NCBI GenBank assembly: GCA_035555375.1
Contig: DATMGR010000032.1
Location: 251,292 to 315,291 of the forward strand
Direction: 5' to 3'
DNA from: Kaistia sp.
GTDB taxonomy: Bacteria; Pseudomonadota; Alphaproteobacteria; Rhizobiales; Kaistiaceae
DNA: 64,000 nt
Position numbers and translations under genes: made by a program. The stretch's first letter is position 1; every line of letters begins with the position of its first letter. Positions 53,056 through 62,829 of the stretch are shown here, piece after piece. The notes beneath the pieces are model-generated. The model saw only the letters and a list, made by a program, of their open reading frames with translations, was not told the DNA's origin and ran no database searches.

Positions 53056-53894
53056 TCTCCCTCACGCCGGATCGTTTCGAGCGCTTCGAGACGCGCGCGG
53101 CCTTCGGCGCCGCGTGCGGTGGCGACGGCGGCGAGGAGGGCCTCGGTGATCAGCATGAGGCCGGCGCCGGAATCCCAGACGGATGGCGCGGCGACATGGG
53201 CGGGGAGCACATGGCGCGCCACCTTCGAAATCGGCGAAAGCCACTGGTCGGTGACCAGCACGACGCTGGCGCCGCGCGCTGCCGCCCGCTCGGCAAAGTC
53301 GGCGAGATCGGATGAATAGCGGCGGATATCGAACAGCACGACCACGGCGCGCTTCTGGATGTCGAGCAACTGGTCGAGCCACGCCGCCGGCTGGCCGGTC
53401 ACGCGCCGCACGTCGGGCCTGAGCACGCGGAGATGCACCGCCATATAATCGGCGATCGGATCGGTGAAGCGGCCGCCGAGCAGGTGAACCGGACGACGCG
53501 GATCGGACAGAAGCGCCGCGACGGCCGAGAACTCGTCGCGCGGCACATTGGCAGCGGTCGCGCGCAGATTGTCGACCGACGCCGCGGCGAAACCCGCCAA
53601 GGGGTCATCGGCATAACGTTGAAGGCCCTTGGTCAGCGGCGTTGCCCGCCGCGCCGCCAATTCCGCCTTCAGTTCGTCCTGGAAGGCGCCGTAGCTCGGA
53701 AATCCGAGCTTGGCGATCATGCGCAGCACGGTCGGCGCACTGACCCCCGACGCTTCGCCGAAGCGCGCCGCCGAGTCGAGCCCCGCCATCGGGAAATCGG
53801 CCAACAGGCGTTGCGCCGCCCGCTTCTCGTTCGGCGTCATCCGCCCGAGATCACGCCGCAGCCGCTCTGCGATCGAGGCGTCGCTGTCAGTCAT
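53052..53894 (-). CDS. MurR/RpiR family regulator (HTH plus SIS domain)
   Basis: MTPNEKRAA, SGVSAPTVLRMIAKLGF, FDIRRY, TDQWLSP. Confidence 0.9.
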   Translation of the reverse strand: MTDSDASIAERLRRDLGRMTPNEKRAAQRLLADFPMAGLDSAARFGEASGVSAPTVLRMIAKLGFPSYGAFQDELKAELAARRATPLTKGLQRYADDPLAGFAAASVDNLRATAANVPRDEFSAVAALLSDPRRPVHLLGGRFTDPIADYMAVHLRVLRPDVRRVTGQPAAWLDQLLDIQKRAVVVLFDIRRYSSDLADFAERAAARGASVVLVTDQWLSPISKVARHVLPAHVAAPSVWDSGAGLMLITEALLAAVATARGAEGRARLEALETIRREGD

Positions 53895-53978
53895 CTCGCC
53901 GCCCTGCCCTCAGCACCCATCGCTCCATCATCACCCGCAGTGCCAATTCCGGAGGCAGTTGACGCCTTCATTTCAGAA

Positions 53979-54030
53979 TTGACGCAATCCAACGCTGCTG
54001 TAACGTATCGTTCAGTCGCCCGATACGTCA
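53979..54030 (+). promoter_or_regulatory. Putative promoter and operator of the glutamylation operon
   Basis: TTGACG-N16-TAACGT overlapped by TAACGTATCG-N10-CGATACGTCA (9/10 inverted repeat). Confidence 0.45.
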
Positions 54031-54077
54031 AAGCACCGATATCGGCCGGCAACCCTTTTTGCGGAGCCGTGGTCGGC

Positions 54078-54917
54078 ATGTCGAGCCTTTCGACCCCAGG
54101 TCTGGCGATGAAGCACGGCGCCTCCGACGCGCCGCTGCTCAGCGCCGACGAGCCCGCGCCTGTCGAGGTCATCGCTGCACGCGCCGATCCCTTCGTCTTT
54201 GTCTGCGAGCATGCCAGCAATCGGGTCCCACGCGCCCTCGGTGATCTCGGCCTCCCGCCTGAGGCGTTCGAGCGCCATATCGCCTGGGATCCCGGCGCGG
54301 CGCTGCTGACGCGCGCGCTTGCCCGCCGTTTTGGCGGCGCGGCCGTGTTGCAGGCCTATTCGCGCCTCGTCATCGACTGCAACCGAGCGCCCGAGCTTGC
54401 CGATGCGATCACGCCGCTTTCGGAAGATACAGCCATCCCAGGCAACGGCGACCTCGCTGCCGCTGATCGCGCACGCCGCATCGAGGCGGTCTGGACGCCG
54501 TTTCACGCGGCGATCGACGCTATGATGGCAGCGCGCCACATGGCCGCCCGGCCGACCGTTTTCGTCACGCTGCATTCCTTCACGCCCGTCTATCGCGGCG
54601 TCGCCCGGCCCTGGCATGTCGGCCTCATCGAGGCTGACGATCGCCGCCTTGCCGAGCCGATGCTGGCGGCGCTCGAGGCCGATCCGGCGCTCGTCGTCGG
54701 CGACAACCAGCCTTATTCGGCCAAGGACAATGTCGACTACACGATCCGTCGGCACGGCCGCAATCGCGACCTGCCGCATGTCATGATCGAAGTGCGCAAC
54801 GACCTGCTGCGGACGCCGTCCGACATCGAGGCCTGGACGCGTCGGCTCGGTGACGCGCTGGCGGCGGGCACGTGCGGTCTCGGCATCGATCTCAGCGAGG
54901 CCGCGGCAGAGGATTAG
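54078..54917 (+). CDS. N-formylglutamate amidohydrolase family protein (probable gamma-glutamyl amide hydrolase)
   Basis: CEHAS, HIAWDPGA, SRLVIDCNR, LHSFTP, NQPY, IEVRNDL; alternative start at 54108. Confidence 0.9.
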   Translation: MSSLSTPGLAMKHGASDAPLLSADEPAPVEVIAARADPFVFVCEHASNRVPRALGDLGLPPEAFERHIAWDPGAALLTRALARRFGGAAVLQAYSRLVIDCNRAPELADAITPLSEDTAIPGNGDLAAADRARRIEAVWTPFHAAIDAMMAARHMAARPTVFVTLHSFTPVYRGVARPWHVGLIEADDRRLAEPMLAALEADPALVVGDNQPYSAKDNVDYTIRRHGRNRDLPHVMIEVRNDLLRTPSDIEAWTRRLGDALAAGTCGLGIDLSEAAAED

Positions 54918-55091
54918 GAGATTGGCCGGGCCTCGGCCCGTGCCGGACGCGGCGGTACCCTTGGCGCGAAGACCAGGGACCACCGGGACGACGGTGCCGG
55001 CGACAGCACCGGGAACAGTTGACGAGGGGCATCGCCTGGCGGCGATCCGGGCAGGGCCGGATCAGGCCGGGTCAGCGAGGGGAAGCATGAC

Positions 55092-56645
55092 ATGAGCGTG
55101 CGCGACAGCTACAGCGATCAGGACAAGAAGGCGGACATCCACGTCCTCCATTCCATGGGATATGCGCAGGAACTGGAACGGCGGATGAGCCGCTTCTCCA
55201 ACTTCGCGATCTCCTTCTCGATCATCTGCATCCTATCGGGCGGCATCAATTCGCTCGCCCAGGCAACGTCCGGCGCCGGCGGCGCCGCGATCGGCATCGG
55301 CTGGCCGCTCGGCTGCCTGATCTCGGGCGTCTTCGCGCTGGCGATGGCGCAGATTTCCTCGGCCTATCCGACGGCCGGCGGCCTCTATCACTGGGGCTCG
55401 ATTCTCGGCAACCGCTTCACCGGCTGGGTGACGGCCTGGTTCAACCTGCTCGGCCTCGTCACCGTGCTCGGCGCGATCAATGTCGGCACCTATTACTTCT
55501 TCGTCGGCGCCTTCGGGCCGACCTTCGGCTGGGTCGACAACACCACGGATCGCGTGCTGTTCCTCGTCGTCCTGACCGGCCTGCAGGCCCTGATCAACCA
55601 TATGGGCATCGGCCTGACGGCGAAGCTGACCGACTTCTCCGGCTACCTCATCTTCGTGACGGCGCTGGTGCTGGCGATCGTCTGCCTGATCGCGGCGCCA
55701 AGCTATGACTTCGCCCGGCTGTTCACCTTCGCCAACTATTCGGGCGAGGCGGGCGGCAATGTCTGGCCGTCAGTCTCCGGCTGGTGGGTGTTCCTGCTCG
55801 GCCTGTTGCTGCCGATCTATACCATCACCGGCTATGACGCCTCGGCACACACCTCGGAGGAAACGGTTAAAGCCGCCCATTCCGTGCCGCGCGGCATGGT
55901 CATGTCGGTGGTGTGGTCCGCTTTGTTCGGCTACATCATGCTCTGCTCGTTCGTGCTGATGATCCCGAACATGGACGACGCTGCCAAGCAGGGCTGGAAC
56001 GTCTTCTTCTGGGCCATGGACTCCCAGGTGAACCCGGTCGTGAAGACGATCCTCTACCTCGCCATCTTCGTCTCGCAGTTCCTCTGCGGCCTGGCGACTG
56101 TGACGTCGGTCTCGCGCATGATCTTCGCCTTCTCCCGTGACGGCGGCCTGCCGGCGTCCAAGGCGCTGTCAAAGGTCAGCCCGAAGTTCCGCACGCCCGT
56201 CGCGGCGATCTGGACCGGCTCGATCCTCGCGGTGCTGTTCGTCTGGGGTTCCTCGCTGGTCTCGATCGGCGACACCCCCGTCTATACGATCGTCGTCTCG
56301 TGCACGGTCATCTTCCTGTTCTTCTCGTTCGCCATTCCGATCGCCCTTGGCCTCTTCGCCTATGGCACCAGCAAGTGGCCGGCGATGGGGCCATGGAATC
56401 TCGGGCGGGGCCTGTTCACGCTGTTCGGGCTGCTCTCCATCGTCGCGATGGTCCTGATCTTCGTCATCGGCATTCAGCCGCCGAACGAATGGGCTCTCTA
56501 CATCACGATCGGCTTCCTGGTATTGGCCGCGATCGTCTGGTTCGTCTTCGAGAACCGTCGGTTCCAGGGCCCGCCGATCGGCGACATGATCGCCAAGCGC
56601 AAGGCCGCCATCGCTGCTGCCGAAAAGGCCGTCGGCGAAGCCTGA
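55092..56645 (+). CDS. Amino acid/amine permease (APC superfamily)
   Basis: GYAQELER, FSNFAISFS, PTAGGLYHW, GYDASAHTSEET, SRDGGLP; about 12 TM segments. Confidence 0.92.
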   Translation: MSVRDSYSDQDKKADIHVLHSMGYAQELERRMSRFSNFAISFSIICILSGGINSLAQATSGAGGAAIGIGWPLGCLISGVFALAMAQISSAYPTAGGLYHWGSILGNRFTGWVTAWFNLLGLVTVLGAINVGTYYFFVGAFGPTFGWVDNTTDRVLFLVVLTGLQALINHMGIGLTAKLTDFSGYLIFVTALVLAIVCLIAAPSYDFARLFTFANYSGEAGGNVWPSVSGWWVFLLGLLLPIYTITGYDASAHTSEETVKAAHSVPRGMVMSVVWSALFGYIMLCSFVLMIPNMDDAAKQGWNVFFWAMDSQVNPVVKTILYLAIFVSQFLCGLATVTSVSRMIFAFSRDGGLPASKALSKVSPKFRTPVAAIWTGSILAVLFVWGSSLVSIGDTPVYTIVVSCTVIFLFFSFAIPIALGLFAYGTSKWPAMGPWNLGRGLFTLFGLLSIVAMVLIFVIGIQPPNEWALYITIGFLVLAAIVWFVFENRRFQGPPIGDMIAKRKAAIAAAEKAVGEA

Positions 56646-56718
56646 CCGCGAACCCCGAAAATGCGGGAGGGGCCGGTGCCCCTCCCCTCCACCGCTTATG
56701 ACAAGATGGAACATGCTG

Positions 56719-58083
56719 ATGGCCGGAAACATGACGCTGAAGGAACTGGAGGCGGCGATCGCCGCCGGCACGATCGACACGGTGATCGTGGCCTTCCCCG
56801 ACATGCAGGGCCGGCTGATCGGCAAGCGCTTCACGGGCGCCTTCTTCCTCGACAGCGCGTTGCATGAAACCCACGCCTGCAACTACCTGCTCACCGTCGA
56901 CATCGACATGGAGCCGGTGCCTGGATACCAGGCGGCGAGCTGGGAGAAGGGCTATGGCGACTTCGTGCTGAAGCCCGTCGTCTCGTCGCTGCGCCGCATT
57001 CCTTGGCTCGAAGGCACCGCGCTGATGCTCGCCGATGTCTGCGACCATCACGGCGAGGATCTCGCGCACAGCCCGCGCGCCATGCTGAAGGCGCAGCTGA
57101 AACGCCTTTCCGAGCGTGGCATGTCAGCCTTCTTCGCCTCGGAACTCGAGTTCTACGTCTTCGACGAGACCTATGAGGGCGCGGGCGAGAAGCGCTGGCG
57201 CGATTTGAAGACGATGGGAAATTACATTGAGGACTATCACATCCTCCAGACGACCAAGAATGAGCCGCTGCTCCGGGCGATCCGCAACGGCCTGATGGGC
57301 GCAGGCATTCCGGTCGAGAACTCCAAGGGCGAGTGGGGGCCCGGCCAGGAGGAGGTGAATGTCCGCTATGCCGAGGCGCTGGAAATGGCGGACCAGCACG
57401 TCATCATGAAGAACGGCATCAAGGAGATCGCCCATCTCCAGAACCGCGCCGTCACCTTCATGGCCAAGTGGCGCTACGACCTGGCGGGTTCTTCCTCGCA
57501 TATCCACTCCTCGCTCTGGGACGCCAAGGCGAAGAAGCCGCTGTTCATGGATGCCAAGGACCCGCTCGGCATGTCCGCGACCATGAAGTCGTGGCTCGCC
57601 GGTCATCTGACCCATGCGAGCGAAATGACCTATTTCCTCGCGCCCTACATCAACTCCTACAAGCGCTTCCAGGTCGGCACCTTCGCGCCGACCAAGGCAG
57701 TCTGGTCGGTCGACAACCGGACGGCAGGCTTCCGCGTCGTCGGCGAAGGCAAGTCGATCCGCACCGAATGCCGCATCGGTGGCGCCGACCTCAACCCCTA
57801 CCTCGCCTTTTCGGCGCTGATCGCCGCCGGCCTTGCCGGCATGGACGAGAAGCTGCCGCTGGAGGCCGAATTCTCCGGTGATGCCTATGGCGCAGCCGGC
57901 ATCCGCGAGGTGCCGAAGACCTTGCGCGACGCGCTCGCCGCGCTCGACGGCTCCGCGATGCTGCGCTCGGTCCTCGGTGACGCCGTGGTGGAGCACTATC
58001 TCCATACCGGCCGCTGGGAGCAGTTCGAATATGATCGCCGTATCACGGACTGGGAGTTGCAGCGCGGCTTCGAGAGGTATTGA
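56719..58083 (+). CDS. Glutamine synthetase-like gamma-glutamyl amine ligase
   Basis: DMQGRLIGKR, ELEFY, EWGPGQEE, TFMAK, GSSSHIH, NSYKRF, DNRT, GADLNPY. Confidence 0.9.
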   Translation: MAGNMTLKELEAAIAAGTIDTVIVAFPDMQGRLIGKRFTGAFFLDSALHETHACNYLLTVDIDMEPVPGYQAASWEKGYGDFVLKPVVSSLRRIPWLEGTALMLADVCDHHGEDLAHSPRAMLKAQLKRLSERGMSAFFASELEFYVFDETYEGAGEKRWRDLKTMGNYIEDYHILQTTKNEPLLRAIRNGLMGAGIPVENSKGEWGPGQEEVNVRYAEALEMADQHVIMKNGIKEIAHLQNRAVTFMAKWRYDLAGSSSHIHSSLWDAKAKKPLFMDAKDPLGMSATMKSWLAGHLTHASEMTYFLAPYINSYKRFQVGTFAPTKAVWSVDNRTAGFRVVGEGKSIRTECRIGGADLNPYLAFSALIAAGLAGMDEKLPLEAEFSGDAYGAAGIREVPKTLRDALAALDGSAMLRSVLGDAVVEHYLHTGRWEQFEYDRRITDWELQRGFERY

Positions 58084-58138
58084 TTGCCGCCACCGGCGCC
58101 GACACATGCTCGGCGACACGACTTGATGAGGCTCATCC

Positions 58139-59542
58139 ATGAACGCCCCCGTCCTGAAGATCGTCACGCCGGTCGACGGCTCCGTCTATGCCGAGCGCCC
58201 GCTCGCCAGTGAATCCGAGGTGCTCGCTGCGCTGGAGCGCGCGAAGGCGGCGCAGCGCGCCTGGCGCACCTCATCGATGGCCGATCGGCAGGCGATCGCG
58301 ACCGCTTTCGTCGACGCCATGGTGGCCGAGAAGGACAAGGTGGCCGAGTTGCTTGCCTGGCAGATGGGCCGGCCGATCCGCTATGGTCATGGCGAGATGC
58401 GCGGCTTCGAGGAGCGCGCCCGCTACATGATCGAGATCGCGCCGGCGACGCTCGCCGATATCGATGTCGGTCCGAAGGAAGGCTTCAAGCGCTTCATCCG
58501 CCGCGAACCGCTCGGCGTCTGCCTCAACCTGCCGGCCTGGAATTTCCCCTATATGACCGCGCTCAACGCGGTGTTGCCCGCGATCCTCGCCGGCAACACC
58601 GTCGTCATGAAGCATTCGAGCCAGACCGCACTCGTCGCCGAGCATTTCGCCTCGGCCTTCGCCAAGGCGGATCTGTGGCCCGACGTGTTCCAGTATGTGA
58701 ACATGTCGCATGAGGTCACCGACAAGGTCATCCGCTCCGGTCTGGTCGACCAGGTCGGCTTCACCGGCTCGACGTCGGGCGGCCGCCACATCATGGCCTC
58801 CGTCGCCGGCGCCTTGAACTTTCCGGCGACGACGCTGGAGCTCGGCGGCAAGGACCCGGCCTATGTCCGTCCGGATGTGAACCTTCCCTTCGCGATCGAG
58901 AACATCGTCGATGGCGGCTTCTTCAATTCCGGCCAGTCGTGCTGCGCCATGGAACGCGTCTATGTGCATGAAAGCGTCTATGACGCCTTCGTCGAGGGCG
59001 TGGTCGCAACCGTGAACGCCTACAAGCTCGGCAGCCCGACCGATCCGGCGACGACGCTCGGCCCGGTCGTGCGTGCGGAGGCTGCACGGTTCATCAAGGC
59101 GCAGGTCGACGAAGCCATTCATGCCGGCGCGAAGCCGCTGATCGATGCGTCCGGCTTCCCGGAAGCGTCTGAGGGCACCGCCTATCTCGCGCCGCAGGTT
59201 CTCGTCGGCGTTGACCATTCGATGCGCTTCATGACCGAGGAAACCTTCGGACCCGCCTTCGGCATCATGAAGGTCTCATCGGACGAGGAGGCGATCAGCC
59301 TCATGAACGACTCGCCGTTTGGCCTCACCGCCGCCATCTGGACCGAGGATGTCGAGGCCGCGACAAGCATCGGCGACCGCATCGAGACTGGCACCGTCTA
59401 CATGAACCGCTGCGACTTCCTCGATCCCGCCCTGCCCTGGGTCGGCGTCAAGCAGACCGGCCGCGGCGCCACGCTTTCGCGTGTCGGCTACGAGCATCTG
59501 ACGCGGCCGAAGTCATTCCATCTCAGGACGAAGACAGACTGA
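58139..59542 (+). CDS. Aldehyde dehydrogenase
   Basis: AWNFP, FTGS, LELGGKDP, NSGQSCC, EETFGP. Confidence 0.93.
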   Translation: MNAPVLKIVTPVDGSVYAERPLASESEVLAALERAKAAQRAWRTSSMADRQAIATAFVDAMVAEKDKVAELLAWQMGRPIRYGHGEMRGFEERARYMIEIAPATLADIDVGPKEGFKRFIRREPLGVCLNLPAWNFPYMTALNAVLPAILAGNTVVMKHSSQTALVAEHFASAFAKADLWPDVFQYVNMSHEVTDKVIRSGLVDQVGFTGSTSGGRHIMASVAGALNFPATTLELGGKDPAYVRPDVNLPFAIENIVDGGFFNSGQSCCAMERVYVHESVYDAFVEGVVATVNAYKLGSPTDPATTLGPVVRAEAARFIKAQVDEAIHAGAKPLIDASGFPEASEGTAYLAPQVLVGVDHSMRFMTEETFGPAFGIMKVSSDEEAISLMNDSPFGLTAAIWTEDVEAATSIGDRIETGTVYMNRCDFLDPALPWVGVKQTGRGATLSRVGYEHLTRPKSFHLRTKTD

Positions 59543-59547
59543 ACCCC

Positions 59548-59652
59548 TCCGCCCGTCATGGCCGGGCTTGTCCCGGCCATCCACGTCTTCCTTGAGCCGG
59601 CAGGTCGAAGCAAGTCGTGGATGCCCGGGACAAGACCGGGCATGACGGCGGA
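59548..59652. repeat. REP-like bipartite palindromic element of the Rhizobiales type
   Basis: GTCATGGCCGGGCTTGTCCCGGCCATCCACG...CGTGGATGCCCGGGACAAGACCGGGCATGAC, flanked by TCCGCC/GGCGGA. Confidence 0.85.
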
Positions 59653-59673
59653 TAGCCCGATACCACGGAGACC

Positions 59674-60852
59674 ATGATGCTCGACAACTACGCCTCGCTG
59701 ACCGCCAACTGGTCCTATCCGACAGCCATCCGCTTTGGCGCGGGGCGGATCAGCGAACTGGCTGACGCTGTGAACGCGGCCGGCATCACCTCGCCGCTTT
59801 TCGTCACCGATCCCGGCCTCGTAACCCTGCCCGTCGTGGCCAAGGCCCTCGGCGTCCTCGCTGCGGCCGACGTCGCCTATACCGTGTTCTCGAAGGTCGA
59901 CGGCAATCCGACGCTCGCCAACCTCGATGACGGCCTTGCCGCCTATCGCGCTGGCGGCCACGACGGCGTCATCGCCTTCGGCGGTGGCTCCGGCATGGAT
60001 ATCGGCAAGACCATTGCCTTCATGGCCGGCCAGACGCGCCCGGTCTGGGATTTCGAGGACCGTGAGGACTGGTGGACGCGCGCCGACGCCGACGGCATCG
60101 CGCCGATCGTCGCCGTGCCGACCACCGCCGGCACCGGTTCCGAGGTCGGCCGCGCCGCCGTCATCACCGATCCGGCCGATCATACGAAGAAGATCATCTT
60201 CCACCCGAAGATGCAGCCGAAGATCGTGATCGAGGATCCGGAGCTCACGCTCGGCCTGCCGGCGAAGATCACGGCCTGGACCGGCATGGATGCGCTCAGC
60301 CATTCGCTCGAAGCATGGTCGAGCCCGTTCTTCCATCCGCAGTCCGCCGGCATCGCGCTCGAAGGCATGCGCCTCGTCAAGGACTGGCTGCCGATCGCGG
60401 TCAAGGATGGCAGCCGCCTCGATGCGCGGGCCTATATGCTGATCGCCTCCTCGATGGGCGCCGTCGCCTTCCAGAAGGGCCTCGGCGCGATGCATGCGAT
60501 GAGCCATCCCTGCTCAAGCCTGCGCGGCACGCATCACGGCCTGACCAATGCGGTCGTGATGCCCTATGTCCTCGCCCACAACGCGCCCGTGATCACCGAC
60601 AAGCTGGCGGCGCTGGCCCGCTATCTCGACCTGCCGGGCCAATCGGCGGCGAGCGTCATCGACTGGGTGCTGGCGCTGCGGACCGAACTCGGCATTCCGC
60701 ACACGCTGAAGGAGATCGGCGTCGACGAAAGCGTCCTCCCCGACGCGGCCAGGATGGCCGAGCACGACCCGTCGAATGGCGGCAATCCGATCGCGATGGG
60801 CGAAAAGGAATATGAGACGCTGTTCCGCCGCGCCATCGAAGGCACCATCTGA
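59674..60852 (+). CDS. Iron-containing alcohol dehydrogenase
   Basis: FGGGSGMD, PTTAGTGSE, DALSH, HAMSH, HHG metal ligands. Confidence 0.93.
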   Translation: MMLDNYASLTANWSYPTAIRFGAGRISELADAVNAAGITSPLFVTDPGLVTLPVVAKALGVLAAADVAYTVFSKVDGNPTLANLDDGLAAYRAGGHDGVIAFGGGSGMDIGKTIAFMAGQTRPVWDFEDREDWWTRADADGIAPIVAVPTTAGTGSEVGRAAVITDPADHTKKIIFHPKMQPKIVIEDPELTLGLPAKITAWTGMDALSHSLEAWSSPFFHPQSAGIALEGMRLVKDWLPIAVKDGSRLDARAYMLIASSMGAVAFQKGLGAMHAMSHPCSSLRGTHHGLTNAVVMPYVLAHNAPVITDKLAALARYLDLPGQSAASVIDWVLALRTELGIPHTLKEIGVDESVLPDAARMAEHDPSNGGNPIAMGEKEYETLFRRAIEGTI

Positions 60853-60867
60853 CGGCCCTGCCTCGGG

Positions 60868-61770
60868 TCACACCGGACGGCTCTTGATATAATCGACGAA
60901 GGCCCGGAGCGGCGGCGGCACCAGCCGCCGCCCCGGAAAATAGAGGAAGGGGCCGGTGAAGCTCAGCCACCAGTCCTCGAGCACGGGTTCGAGCGTGCCG
61001 GCGTCGAGATGCGGGCGCAGCCAGGTTTCGAAGGCCGCGACGATGCCGACCCCGCCGAGCGCGACGTCGATGGCAAGGCCGATCTCACCCGCCGGCCGGA
61101 TTTCGAACGGCCCCGGCGGATCGACATGCACCACCTCATCGCCGCGCTTGAATTCCCATGGATGGCGCGCGCCGCTCGAAAAGCGGAAGCGCAGGCAGTC
61201 ATGGCCGAGAAGCTCGCGCGGATGGCTCGGCCGGCCCCGGCGATCGAGATAGGACGGCGCGGCGGCAACGGCGAAACGCTGCACGCGCGGGCCGATCGGG
61301 ACCGCGATCATGTCCTGCTCCAGCCGCTCGTCGTAGCGGATCCCGGCGTCGCAGCCGGCCGCGATCAGATCGACGAAACTGTCCTCCGCCGTGATCTCCA
61401 GCCGGATCTCTGGATAGGTGGCGAGAAAACCGGGCACGATCGCCGGCAGCACCAGCCGCACCGCCACGACGGGGACATTGAGGCGGAGCGTGCCAGCCGG
61501 CCGGTCGCGATAGCCATCAACGATGTCGAGTGCGGCCCGCACCTCGCCCAGCGCAGGCTCCAGCCGATCAAGCAGGCCCTGTCCGGCCTCGGTGGCGCGA
61601 ACGCTGCGCGTCGTGCGGTTGAGGAGGCGGAGGCCCAGCCGCTGTTCGAGCCGACGCACGGCCTCGCTGAGGCTCGATGCGCTCACGCCCGCGACACGCG
61701 CGGCCTCGCGGAAGCCGCCGGCCCGCGCGACGGCCACGAAGGCATCGAGATCGCCGAGATCGGTCTTCAT
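60868..61770 (-). CDS. LysR family regulator (CrgA-like)
   Basis: FREAARVAGVSASSLSEAVRRLE, LLNRTTRSV, DAGIR. Confidence 0.93.
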   Translation of the reverse strand: MKTDLGDLDAFVAVARAGGFREAARVAGVSASSLSEAVRRLEQRLGLRLLNRTTRSVRATEAGQGLLDRLEPALGEVRAALDIVDGYRDRPAGTLRLNVPVVAVRLVLPAIVPGFLATYPEIRLEITAEDSFVDLIAAGCDAGIRYDERLEQDMIAVPIGPRVQRFAVAAAPSYLDRRGRPSHPRELLGHDCLRFRFSSGARHPWEFKRGDEVVHVDPPGPFEIRPAGEIGLAIDVALGGVGIVAAFETWLRPHLDAGTLEPVLEDWWLSFTGPFLYFPGRRLVPPPLRAFVDYIKSRPV

Positions 61771-61864
61771 TGTTCGCCTCTCCGCACAGCCCGTGCGGAC
61801 CGTGCATGATTATCGCGCAACGGAGCAAGGCCTATCTCCGGGACGTCCTCACCGGAGCCCGACC

Positions 61865-62746
61865 ATGAACCGCATCGACACCTCAAATACCTTCCGCCTC
61901 GGCGACCGCACTGTGAAGCGCATCGGCTATGGCGCCATGCAGCTCGCCGGGCCCGGTGTCTTCGGACCACCGCGCGATCATGCAGCCGCCCTCGCTGTGC
62001 TGCGCGCAGCCGTGGAAAGCGGCGTCGATCATATCGACACGGCTGATATCTACGGCCCGCACGTCACCAATCGTCTGATCCGCGAAGCGCTGCATCCTTA
62101 TCCCGACACCCTCACCATCGTGACCAAGATGGGCGCACGGCGTGGCGAGGATGCGTCATGGAACGTGGCCGCCTCCCCGGCCGAGCTGGAAGAGCAGGTT
62201 GAGGAAAACCGCATGAATCTAGGCCTCGACGTCCTCGAGGTTGTCAATCTGCGCCTGATGTTCTCGACGCATGGACCGGCGGAAGGCCCGATCGAGGCTG
62301 CGGTCGAGACACTTGCAGACATGAAGCGGCGCGGGCTGATCCGTCATATCGGCATCAGCAATGCGACAACGGCCCAGGTCGCGGCGGCGCGGGCAATCAC
62401 CGAGATCGTCTGCGTCCAGAACCTCTACAACATCGCACATCGCGACGACGACGCGCTGATCGACGCGCTCGCCCGCGATGGCATCGCCTATGTGCCGTTC
62501 TTCCCGCTCGGCGGTTTTTCGCCTCTGCAATCCTCGGCGCTCTCCAACGTCGCGGCACAGCTCGGCGCCACGCCGATGCAGGTGGCGCTGGCCTGGCTGC
62601 TGCAGCGCTCGCCGAACATCCTGCTGATCCCGGGCACCTCATCGACGGCGCATCTTGCGGAAAATCTCGCCGCCGGCGACCTCGTGCTGTCCGCTGATGT
62701 CCTCGCCGTGCTCGACGATATCGGGCGACCCGCCGCCGCACACTGA
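61865..62746 (+). CDS. Aldo/keto reductase
   Basis: GYGAMQL, IDTADIYG, IGISN, VQNLYN, LIPGTSS; divergent from LysR. Confidence 0.9.
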   Translation: MNRIDTSNTFRLGDRTVKRIGYGAMQLAGPGVFGPPRDHAAALAVLRAAVESGVDHIDTADIYGPHVTNRLIREALHPYPDTLTIVTKMGARRGEDASWNVAASPAELEEQVEENRMNLGLDVLEVVNLRLMFSTHGPAEGPIEAAVETLADMKRRGLIRHIGISNATTAQVAAARAITEIVCVQNLYNIAHRDDDALIDALARDGIAYVPFFPLGGFSPLQSSALSNVAAQLGATPMQVALAWLLQRSPNILLIPGTSSTAHLAENLAAGDLVLSADVLAVLDDIGRPAAAH

Positions 62747-62829
62747 TCGATCGCGTCGCCCGCTCGCGAGCGCTTGCATGAAAGCGCACAAGGCTTCAGA
62801 AATGCGCGGCCTTGAGCGAGGAGAAGCAC

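Noticed and set aside
56665-56686. Terminator after the APC permease (GGGAGGGGC-cggt-GCCCCTCCC)
   Set aside because: It has no U-tract and lies mid-operon, so it is more likely a stability hairpin.
56719-58083. Canonical glutamine synthetase glnA
   Set aside because: The PuuA/GlnA4-type N-terminus and catabolic context indicate a gamma-glutamyl amine ligase.
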